Assembly (NCBI GenBank): GCA_001179505.1
Contig: CDMY01000378.1
Span: 30,403-94,402, forward strand
Direction of reading: 5' to 3'
Length of the DNA stretch: 64,000 bases
Source of the DNA: Vitrella brassicaformis CCMP3155
Lineage: Eukaryota; Protista; Chromerida
The notes under the pieces were generated by a model. The model was not told the DNA's origin and did no database searches. It worked only from the letters and a program-made list of their open reading frames with translations. How positions within the stretch are numbered: position 1 is the stretch's first letter; each line of letters begins with the position of its first letter. The position numbers and the translations under genes are program-made. Of this stretch, positions 48,501-60,500 are shown one piece after another.

Positions 48501-51500
48501 GATAGGGGAGCTGTCCTCTTCGAGACGCCCTTCCCGCGACGCGCATACCCCCTGTTTGCCGACCATGTTGTCAACGGGACCCCCATCATGCCAGCAGCGG
48601 GGTTCATCGAGCTCCTTGCGGCGGCATCAGCCACCATGGACCTCAAGAGCCCCTCGGGCATCGTCGCCATCGAGACGGTGGCATTCGAGCGGCCCATGCA
48701 GCTCGGATTCCAGAAGCTCATGTACGAGTTCACGCCAAAGGACGCCGCGCTCCCGCCCATCTCCAGGCGTGGCCGCAAGACGCCCAAGATGATGCGCACG
48801 CCACGACGGGTGGCCGACGCCAAGACGCCACTCATGCGGACCCCAGGCCGGTCGGGATCCTTCATCTCGCCGCGCACCATGCTCAAGCACGCCGCCTCGA
48901 CGGGGTCCAACGTCGATTTGGGCAGCGAGATGTCTGGTGCTTTGCCCAACGACATCGGCATCAACGTGTGCTGCGAGGTGGCGCCTGACCGGCAGGTGGT
49001 GGTGAGCAGCCACCAGAAGGGCAGCACGGACGAGGAGGTCATGCACGTCACCGGTCGCATCTCACTCCCAGACGAAAACCTGGTCGGACTCGAGCCACAG
49101 CCAGACCTCATCGAGGACCTTCGCGCGCGCCTTACCGACTACGTGGACGTCTCTCTGATGTACGACCAACTCAATGACCTGGGGCTGCAGTACGGGCCGC
49201 GGTTCCGCACCATCCAGGAGATCGTCAAGGGACCGTCCGAGGCCGTCGCCCTTCTCAAGACGGCCGGCAATTGGGAGGCCTTCGAGAGTGGTTTCTCCAC
49301 GGTTCATCCCGCAGTGCTCGATGGGGCGCTGCAGGTGGCTGCCGTGCTGCTGCAGGATGCCGGCCCCGGGGCAGCCACGACGCGCAAGGCGATGATCCCT
49401 TTCTCTGTCGAGAAGACCGTTATGACGGTGGGCAGGCAGCAGCCGGGGTCGGAGGTGTGGGCACACATCACAATGGTGTCCAAGGAGGCCAGGTCGGCCA
49501 TCGTCAACGTGCACCTCCTCGACGCACGCGGCAACTTCGTGGCACGACTTGAGAAGGTCACGCTGAGGCAGGTCGATGTGGCTCCCGCGGCAGACATCCC
49601 CCGCGAGTTGCTGTGGGAGGTGGGATGGGTCAAGCCCCAGGCGGCAACGGCCAAGGAGGCGGCAGGGACGTCCATTCTGGTCGTCGGTGGTGATGCTGCC
49701 CTCAGCGATGCGCTCGCAGCCCACAGTGGCGACTTCGTCCCCTACGTGCCGGCCGACTCGTCCAAGGACACACTGGAGCGTGACGTGGAGAAGCTGCTGA
49801 TGGAGAATAGCTGGGCCGCCGTCCTCTACGTCGCTGCCGTCTGCCAGGTGCCCGTCACCTCGGGCATTCCTGAGGGCACGCAGGTGGTGTCCATCGTCGA
49901 GGACGCCCTCAAGATCTCGCGCGCCATCGGGGCAGTCATGTCGCAGGGCAAACACACCCTGCCGCCCGTGTGGTTCCTCACGGGCAACACGCAGCCCGTC
50001 CGGTCTCTGCATGACATGCAGTCACTGCCGGCACACAGCGGCCTGTGGGGCTTCACCCGAACCGCCCGGCTGGAGCTGGAGACGTCTGTTGGGACGACCG
50101 TGCGGCTGGGCTGTGTGGACGTGGACAGCAAAGCCACCGCTGACCCATCATCGATCGCATCTGTGTTGATGCGGGTGAGCCGCATGGACGGGACCGAGTC
50201 TGAGCTGGCCCTTCGCGATGACGACTGGTATGCGTCACGACTCGTCCCAAGCGCCCTCAAGGTTCAAGGTGCGATGGAGCTGCACATGCCTGACCGGGGC
50301 GCCATCTCCAACCTCATCTTGCGGCCTCAGTCCTATGCATCACGCAACCCACCCGCTACGGGTACGTGTGTGTCAAGCACTGAATGATGTGAGACAACAA
50401 GACAACATAGCGCTGTGTGAATGTGTTTCGGTCAGGCCAAGTGGAGATTCGCGTGAGGGCTGTCGGTTTGAATTTCCGCGACGTGTTGAATGTGATGGGT
50501 TTGTATCCTGGCGACCCCGGCCCGCCGGGCGGCGACTGTGCAGGCACTGTGGTGGCGCTGGGCGAGGGCGTCGACCACCTCTCGGTGGGCGATGATGTGT
50601 ACGGCGTGGCACCGGGCTGCCTGCGGACGTACGTGACGACGGATGCCTTCTTGATGTGCCACAAGCCAACCAAGATGAGCTTCGAGCAGGCGGCCGCCCT
50701 CCCAGTGGTCTACGTGACGGTCGAGGTGGCCTTCCGAGAGCTCGCCAAGGTCAAAAAGAGCGATCGAGTGCTCATCCACGCGGCATCGGGCGGCGTCGGG
50801 CTCGCGGCCATCCAGTACTGCAAGTCCGTCGGGGCGACTGTGTATGGCACGGCCGGCAGTCATGCCAAGCAGGACTTCCTGAGACAGCAGGGCGTGCAGT
50901 ACATCACTAGCTCACGTGACGCCACCCAGTTCCACAGTGACATGGTCAAGTTCCTCGGGAGCGATTCCAAGATCAGCGTCGTGCTCAACTGCCTGATTGA
51001 GGACTTCATCACGCACTCGGTGGATTTCCTGGGCCCCAAGGGCCGCTTCATGGAGCTGGGCAAGCGCGGCATCTGGACCAAGGACGAGATGGCCGACAAG
51101 CGGCCGGATGTATTCTACGAGACCATCGCCGTCGACCACATGATGGAGGAGAAGCCCAAGTGGTTCGGCAGCATGCTCGATCGGGTGCGTCAGATGGCCG
51201 AGGACGGCAAGATCGACGGGCTCCCCCTGCACGTCTTCGACATGACCAACCCGGATGTGTCGGTTGGCGGCACAGCGGCGTTCCGCTTCATGCAGCGCGC
51301 CCACCACATCGGCAAAGTGGTGCTACAGATCCCCAGCATCCTCTCCCCTCCAACCAGCAATGCAGCGGGGCAGGCAGTGCCCGAGGCCAGCACCTACGTG
51401 CTGTCGGGCGGCCTGGGTGCGCTAGGTCTGGTGGTCGCCGCGTGGCTGGTGGAGGAGGGCGTCAAGGACATCGTGCTGCTGTCGCGTCGCGGCGAGCCGC

Positions 51501-54500
51501 CCCCCGCAGGCACCAACCCCCAGTGGGAGTGGCTATCGGGCCTGTCGGCAACGGTGCGGATGAAGAAGTGCGATGTGTCACAGAGGTCGAGTGTGGAGCA
51601 GCTGTTCAAGGAGGTGGCCAGGGGCATGCCGCGAGTAGGGGGCATATTCCACGCCGCGGGCCTCATCGATGACCGCCTGCTCGCATCACAAACACGCGAG
51701 AGCATCAACAAAGTCTTCCAGCCCAAGGTGATGGGTGCCTGGAATCTCCATGAAGTGTCCAAGGACATCACTCTGGGCGAGTTCGTCATGTTTTCGTCCA
51801 TCGCATCGCTGTGGGGCAACTTCGGCCAGTCCAACTACTCGGCGGCCAACTCGTGTCTGGACGCCCTCGCCCTCTACCGCAAGTCGCAGGGCCTGCCGTG
51901 TCAGAGCATTCAGTGGGGACCGTGGATCGAGCAGGGAATGGCTATGGATCTGAAGAAGCACCTCGACAAGGTCGGTCTGAAGGGCATCGACAACGAGCTC
52001 GGCCTGCGTGTGCTGGGCAGCGTCATGATGAAACGGGGCCCGACCCTCTCTCCATCCACCGAGGGCGCCCAGGCGGGTGTGGTGGTCGGCTGCCAGGCCC
52101 TCAAGTGGAAGACCTTCCTGCGGCGATACCCCAACCAGCCGCCGCCCTTCTTTAGCAACGTGCAGAAGACCGTCAAGTCAGACAGCCAGGACACCGACTC
52201 CCTACTCAAGCGTATGGCACCACAGGAGCGCCGCGACTTCATCAAGTCGACCGTCCAGTCTACCGCCCGACAGGTGCTGGGCACATCCTCCCTCCCGCCG
52301 CTGGACTCGCCTCTGCAGGAGCTGGGCATCGACTCACTCGGCGCTGTCGAGTTCAGAAACGCCCTTTCGCGCAAGCTGGGTGTGAAGCTGCCAGCCACGA
52401 CTCTGTTCGACTACCCCACTCTGTCGGCCATCATCGACCACATCAACGAGCAGATGTCCGATGGCGACAAGGAGGCTGCAAAGGGGGCGGTGACGGCGGG
52501 CATGCCTGGAGGTGGCGTGCGGTATGAGGAGGGGCTGGCAGTGGTGGGCATGGCCTGCAACCTTCCGGGCGAGAGCACGAACATCGATGCCTTCTGGGAT
52601 ATGCTCATGAACAAGACCGACTGTATCATTGAGGTCCCGGTGGGGCGATGGAATCCGGACGAGGTATACGACGTCGACCCAGACGCCCCCGGCAAGTGCT
52701 ATGTGCGTGAGGGCGGCTTCATCAGCGGGGCGGAGATGTTTGACAACACGTTCTTCAACATCCCAACCTTTGAAGTGAACTGCATGGACCCCCAGCAGCG
52801 CGTGCTGCTGGAGACGGGATACACGGCCTTCGTGACGGCGGGCTACAACCGCGAGAAGCTCCTCGGCTCCTTTACGGGTGTCTTTGTGGGCGTGTGCAAC
52901 ACCGACTGGAGCTATCTCAACACGACCGACAAGATCGTCGCCTACACGGGCACCGGCAGCGCCTCATCTATTGTGGCGAACCGCATCTCGTACTTCTTTG
53001 GCCTCCGGGGGCCCTCGGTGTCGGTCGACACGGCATGCTCGTCGTCACTCGTCGCCCTCGACGCTGCCTCGGAGAAGCTGAGGAGTGGGGCCTGCAGCCT
53101 GGCACTTGCTGCTGGCGTCAATCTGATGCTCACTCCCCACCTGTTCATTGCCTTCTGCAAGGCCAGGATGCTGGCCACCGACGCGCGGTGCAAGACCTTC
53201 GATGAGCAGGCCAATGGGTACGTTAGGGGCGAGGGGGCTGGTGCCATCGTGCTGCAGCCCCTCAGGCAGGCCCAGCAGGAGAACCGCCAGATGTTTGCCA
53301 TAGTGAGGGGCTCTTGCGTCAACCATGATGGCCGGAGTGCCAGTCTGACCGCCCCGAACGGACCGTCCCAGCAGGAGGCCATCAGAGGGTAAGAAAGACA
53401 ATACGGGGTGGAGCAACGAACCAGACGACCATCGTTCTGCCCTGTGTGTGTCTGTGCAGAGCTCTTGCCCAGGCTGGTCTTGAGCCTGATGCTGTGGACT
53501 ACATTGAGAGCCACGGCACGGGCACCTCCCTGGGCGATCCGATTGAGCTGGGCGCTATCCGCGCCGTGATCCTCGACAAGCGGACCACTGACAGGCCGCT
53601 CGTGCTGGGTGCACTCAAGACTAACATTGGCCACTTGGAGGGATCCGCTGGCATATCGGGCATCATCAAGGCCGTGCTGGTGCTGCAACACCGCGTATCG
53701 CCGCCCAATCTTAACTTCACGTGCCTCAACGAGCACATAGACTTCGACGGCATGAGCGAGACGGCCGTGGTGTTCCCCACGGAGCCATGCCCCCTCAAAC
53801 CCAAGAAGGGCAAGAACCTGGTGGCCGGCGTGAGCTCATTTGGCTTCGGCGGCGCAAATGCCCACGTCATTCTTGAGGAGGCGCCCGCGGTGGCAGCCAA
53901 GGAGAAGAAGGCAGACAAGGAGCCCGTCAAGGTGGAGAAGAAGAAAGTGGCGTTTCTGTTCACCGGCCAGGGGTCGCAACATCTGGACATGGGCAAGCAG
54001 CTCTACGAGAGCGAGGAGGTGTTCCAGGAGAGCCTCGACCAGTGCATCCGCATCCTCGACCGCTACCTCGCGCCCGTCAAAGCCCTGGATATCCTCTTCC
54101 CGGGTGACGATGAGGAGGAGCGCCAGAAGATGCAGAAGCTTATCGACCAGACTCGGTTCTCCCAGCCGCTGATCTTTGCGGTCGAGTACTCGTTGGCTCA
54201 GCTGCTGCGGAGCCGTGGCGTGACGCCCGATGTGGTCATGGGCCACAGCCTGGGCGAGTATGTGGCCGCCACTATCGCAGGCGTCATGAGCCTCGAGGAC
54301 GGACTCAGGCTCATCGCAGAACGAGCACGAATCATGAACGACGCACCGCCGCGGGACGGGGTGATGGCCGCGTGTCGTCTGAGCGAGCAGGACGTCGCCA
54401 AGGGCATCGAGATGGTGGGCGAGGACAAGTGCAAGTCCGTCTCTGTGGCTGCCGTCAACGGGCCGAGGAGCATCGTGGTGTCGGGGACCCGCAGTGAGGT

Positions 54501-57500
54501 CGACTCGGTGATGAGGGTTCTGAATGTGGATAAGAAGTATCGGCTGTTGGCGGTATCGCATGCCTTCCACTCGCCGCTGATGGAGGACACCGTCCAGCCC
54601 TTCAAGGAGGTGCTCGCGTCCGTCCAGCTGAACAAGCCCTCCATCCCCCTGGTATCCAACGTCACAGGCAAGGTGGCTGGCAACGAGGTGCTCACCAGTG
54701 ACTTCTGGGCCGACCACATCACGCTGCCCGTGCGCTTCATGGACGGCATCAGGACCACCGTTGCCGAGGGCTGCAGAATCCTCGTGGAGGTTGGCCCCCG
54801 TCCAACTCTCATCAACCTCGGGAAGCAGTGTGTGGGTCGCGGCACCGGGTCGCCCGACAGCCTTAACTGGCTGGCGGTGCTCGAGCCGGGCAAGAGTGAG
54901 CTGTCGACTGTGTCTGCCGTCTTCCAGGAGATCGAGGCCAACCTGGCGCGGCCCGCAGAGGGGATCGAGGGGCTCTTCGAGAACAGGCGGGCATTCCCTT
55001 GGAAGGAAGTAAGCCATCCGCTTATCGGCAAGCAGGGCATCGGCGCAGACCGGTCAGTGGTCTTCGAGACACAGCTGCGCAAGGACGTGCAGCACCTTCT
55101 CGCAGACCACGTCGTGACAGGTGTTGCTGTGATGCCGGGTGCGGGCTACGTGGACCTCTTCGGTGCCCTGTGGACATCCACAGTGAGCAACGCCAGCCCC
55201 AACCAGCCCGTCTTCTTCGAGCAGGTAGCCTTCGACCGGCCCATGAAGGTCTTCACCGAGTCAGGCGGGGCGCCACAGCTCAAGTGCACCGTCAAGGGTC
55301 GCGAGGCCACCATCGCCACGGTTGCGCAGGAGGGCGAAGAGGAGACTGTCCACGCCACCGCCCGGCTGTCGACTGCCAGCTCGTCAAGGGCCCTTCAGGT
55401 GGCCGAGGGCGGCCTCAGAGAGGCCCAGGACACATGCACCACCAGCTTCGACGTCAAGGAGCTTTACCAGAGTCTACACTCACGCGGCCTCACCTACGGC
55501 CCCGCCTTCCAGACGCTCGTGTCCGTCAGTGGGGCAGCCAACGGCACTCTGGCCCTTGGCAAGCTCAAGTACCCGCCCTCATCGTCATTCGATTCGGCGT
55601 TCCGCCTCAACCCATGCGTGCTGGACGGCGCCCTGCAGGTGGCAGCTGTGCTCGTGGGGGCTGGCGGCAGCGGTGCCCGAGCCGCCAAGACTGCCATGGT
55701 GCCTATAGCCATCGACGAGGTCACCCTCAGCCGCGTGGTCCCGGGGACGCCTTTGTGGGCGGTCGTGGCTCTGCTGAGCAGCGAGAACAGCACGGCCAAG
55801 ATCGACGTGACCCTGTTCGAGGAGTCGGGCAAGGCCGTGGGCAAACTGGAGCGTGTGACGCTCAAGCAGGTGGACTTCACGCCGCAGGCGGAGATCCCGC
55901 GTGACCTGATCTGGACGGTGGACTGGGTGTCGGACGAGGAGTGGAAAAAGCTCAAGCTGGTCGATGAGGAGGGCGATGAGCGGGAGCGCATCGAGGACCC
56001 CAACGTGCCAAAGAAGGAAGACGTCTTCGACAACATGCGCACGCTCGTCGTGTGCCCGAACGAGGGCGTCATGGAGTGGACCGCATCCAACCTCACCGCG
56101 GCCGTCAAGACGCTCAACGTCATCCGCAAGGCGAGTGTGCCTGACGTTGCGGAGCTGGAGAGCGCCATGGAGGGCAGCAACATCATGTACATCTTCTATG
56201 CAACATCTCTCGACTCGACTGTCGACCCCATTGAGGCCCTGGACGGTCTGCGGCAGCTGTGCGTCAACAGCGCTGAGATTTGCAAGGCCTCCAACGGCGT
56301 CAAGAGCATCCGCATCTGGGTGCTCACAACTGGCATCCACTCAGTCGACGAGAGCCGCCCGCCGCGCAACATGCCACCCCACTCTGGCGTGTGGGGCTTC
56401 GCACGCACGGCACGCGTCGAGAACGAGATGCTGGGTGTGCGCGACCTCATGGTTGCCGTCGCTGATGTGCCCAGCTCGGGGATCTCTCTTGTCGAGAGCG
56501 AGATGGAGCACCTGCTCGACTTCATTGCGGAGAAGGGCGACACAGAGCCCGAGGTGGTCATCCGCAGCGAGTCACGATTCGTCAGCCGACTCACCTACGG
56601 CAAGCTGGAGATCAGGGGGGCCGCGGAGCTGCACATGAGCTCGCGAGGCGCCATCTCCAACCTCAAGCTGAGACCCTTGTCAGCCGACGCCAGAGTGCCG
56701 CCAACCAACGAGCTCGTGGAGGTTCGTGTTCGAGCGATCGGTTTGAATTTCCGCGACGTGTTGAACGTGATGGGTCTTTATCCTGGCGACCCCGGCCCGC
56801 CGGGCGGCGACTGCTCGGGGACGGTAGTGGGTGTGGGGGAGGGCGTGAGTCACTTGTGTGTTGGGGATGACGTCTACGGCGTGGCGCCGGGCTGCCTGCG
56901 GACGTACGTGACGACGGACGCCAACCTGATGGCCATCAAGCCCGCATCGATGACCTTCGAAGAGGCGGCCGCCCTGCCGGTCGTCTTTGTGACGGTCGAG
57001 GTCGCATTCCGAGAGCTCGCCAAGGTCACCAAGGGAGACAACGTCCTCGTACACGCGGCATCGGGCGGCGTCGGGCTTGCGGCCATCCAGTACTGCAAGG
57101 CCGTCGGGGCCAATGTCTATGGCACGGCCGGCAGCCAGCACAAACAGGACTTCCTACGACAACAGGGCGTGCACTTGGTCACGAGCTCGCGCGACGCCAG
57201 CCAGTTCCATGCCGACATGCACAAGGCCAACAGCAAGATGAACGTCGTCCTCAACTGCCTCATCGAGGACTTCATTCCCTTCTCGCTCGACGCCATGGCA
57301 CCCAAGGGCCGCTTCATGGAGCTCGGCAAGCGCGGCATCTGGAGCAAAGAGGAGGTCCTCGCCAGGCGGCCCGACTTGGCCATGTACGAGGCCATCGCCG
57401 TCGATCACATGATGGAGCAAGATCCCAAGTGGTTCGGCGCCATGCTCGACCGCGTCCGGGGCCTGGTCGACAGCGGCAAGATCAAACCCATCCCCCTCCA

Positions 57501-60500
57501 CACATTCGACATGAGCACCGCAGACAACGTCACCGGCGGCATCGCGGCCTTCAGGTTTATGCAGAGGGCGCAGCACATCGGCAAGGTCATCATACAGATA
57601 CCCTCAGCCATCGCACCGCCCCACACAGACGACGCACAGCGCCACGAGGCGACACCGGCCGACCGCCAAACTGACGGATGCTATGTCATCACCGGAGGGC
57701 TCGGCGGACTCGGACTCCTCGTCGCAGACTGGCTCGTTGATGNNNNNNNNNNNNNNNNNNNNNNNNNNNNNNNNNNNNNNNNNNNNNNNNNNNNNNNNNN
57801 NNNNNNNNNNNNNNNNNNNNNNNNNNNNNNNNNNNNNNNNNNNNNNNNNNNNNNNNNNNNNNNNNNNNNNNNNNNNNNNNNNNNNNNNNNNNNNNNNNNN
57901 NNNNNNNNNNNNNNNNNNNNNNNNNNNNNNNNNNNNNNNNNNNNNNNNNNNNNNNNNNNNNNNNNNNNNNNNNNNNNNNNNNNNNNNNNNNNNNNNNNNN
58001 NNNNNNNNNNNNNNNNNNNNNNNNNNNNNNNNNNNNNNNNNNGTGCTATGCCGCTACCCCCTCCGACGTGATGTCAAGAAGCTGTTCCTTGACCACGTCG
58101 TGTCCAACCAGTGCCTGATGCCCGGAGCGGGCTTTGTCGACATGCTGGCGAGCCTGGCCGCCTCCCCCGAGCACCCCGCACGCATGTGGAGTGGCACTGT
58201 TGTGTTGCTGGAGGATGTAGCTATCGAGCAGCCCATGTTCATCGGTGAGCAGGCCATTCAGGTGACGGGTCGCCTCGAGCCCGGTGGCTCGGCGGAGATC
58301 TGCAGCCGTCTCATCGAGGGCGATCAACCACAAGGCGACGAGAGCTCCCATGCGTCAGCTCGTGTCAGGGTGGCCGGCCAGCCTATGAATGCCAATGGCG
58401 AGACCCTCGAGACGCTCAGCAACCGCTGCTCCCTCGAGCTGTCGACGCGGGCATTCTACCGCGAGCTCAGTGGCCTCGGTCTCAACTACGGCACACGGTT
58501 CAGGACTGTATCTGAGCTCTACAGTGGCCACAACGAGGTGCTGGCGAAGCTCTCCCTGGCTGACAGAGAGGGGTATGAGGACGGCTTCCTCACCCATCCC
58601 GCCATCCTCGACGGTGCCTTCCAGTCAATCGCAGTCCTGCTCCACCCCGACCCCCGGCAGCTCAAGTCAATGGGCCCCCGCGAGCCCACCAGGGGCACGT
58701 CGGGCTCGAGTCCCACCGCCAACAGCCGCGCCAACAGCCGCGCCAACAGCCGCGCCAACAGCCGCGCCAACAGCCCCGCTGCATCGCCCAGCCGCGGCAC
58801 CAAGCTCCAGCCGATGGTCCCTGTCGGGGCTCATCAGGCGACCCTCACGAAGATGCAGTTCAAGGACTGCTGGGCCCACGTGACGCTCGTGGCGAGGGAG
58901 GGGGCCACCGCCAAGGCCAACGTCACCCTCTACCAGGTCAAGGCGGACGCAGCACTTGCAGACGATGCAGCGTCGTCCGGCCAGACGCCCCTCATAAAGG
59001 TGGCAGACATCACGGAGCTCTCCCTTCGCAAGATCGAGCTGGCATCGGTAGTGGACATCCCTCGTGAGCTCATGTGGAAGGCCGAATGGAACAAGCGGGC
59101 CGAGCCAGATGCGGAGGCGCCACCCGTCCAGACCAAACCGGTCCTGGTGGTGAGCAGCAATGCTGCCTTTGCAGAGGCTGTGGCCAAGGCAATTGAGGTC
59201 GACGGCAACACTGGTGTGGTGGCCGACTCGCGAGACAAGGTTGTGTCGCTGCTCAAGGAAAGGGAGTTTGGCAGCCTCGTGTACCTCGCCCCCATGGAGA
59301 CGACTGGCAGTGCAGTGGATGTCATGTCCGGCCTGCTGGACATCTGCCAAGCCCTGCTGGTCCTCAAAGACACCAAGGCGCCCGTCGTGTGGACCGTGAC
59401 GCCCAAGACTGTCAAGGTGCTCGACGACGAGGCCTTCCTTGGCCCCCCTGTGCACGCCGGTGTGGTGGGATTTGCCAAAACAGCACGCCTGGAGATCGGC
59501 ATGGAGAAAGGCGAGGCCAACGGGCGCATCGGCTGCATCGATTTTGACATGCCGGTCGACCACAAGAACCCGCGGGCACTTGCGGACGCTGTCGTGAGTG
59601 TTGTGTCGAGGCAAGAAGAGCAGCCGTTTGAGAGTGAGATCGCCGTGCGGGGAGGAGAGCAGTATGTTGCCCGTCTGGCACGCGACAAGATCGCTGTAAA
59701 GGGGCCGATCGAGCTCAACATGAGCGAGAGGGGTGCAATCTCCAACCTGGCGCTGCGGCCTCAGTCACAGGAGCTGCGAGTCGACGCCATGGCTGCCGGC
59801 TCCAACTATGTCGAGGTTCGTGTTCGAGCGATCGGATTGAATTTCCGCGACGTGTTGAACGTGATGGGTCTTTATCCTGGCGACCCCGGCCCGCCGGGCG
59901 GCGACTGCTCGGGGACGGTAGTGGGTGTGGGGGAGGGCGTGAGTCACTTGTGTGTTGGGGATGACGTCTACGGCGTGGCGCCGGGCTGCCTGCGGACGTA
60001 CGTGACGACGGACGCCAACCTGATGGCCATCAAGCCCGCATCGATGACCTTCGAAGAGGCGGCCGCCCTGCCGGTCGTCTTTGTGACGGTCGAGGTCGCA
60101 TTCCGAGAGCTCGCCAAGGTCACCAAGGGAGACAACGTCCTCGTACACGCGGCATCGGGCGGCGTCGGGCTTGCGGCCATCCAGTACTGCAAGGCCGTCG
60201 GGGCCAATGTCTATGGCACGGCCGGCAGCCAGCACAAACAGGACTTCCTACGACAACAGGGCGTGCAGTATATCACCAGTTCACGTGACGCAAAGGTCTT
60301 CAAAACAGAGATGACGGGCTTCCTCGGCGGAGACGCCAAGGTCGACGTCGTCCTCAACTGTCTCATCGAGGATTTCATCCCCAATTCAGTTGACCTGATG
60401 GCACCGAACGGCCGCTTCATGGAGTTGGGCAAGCGGGGCATTTGGACCAAGGACGAGATGAGCAAGGAGAGGCCCGACATCATGTATGAGACCATCGCCG

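Noticed and set aside
58718-58776. Short regular repeat as a CRISPR-like array
   Set aside because: No spacers; an in-frame coding tandem repeat in a eukaryotic gene.
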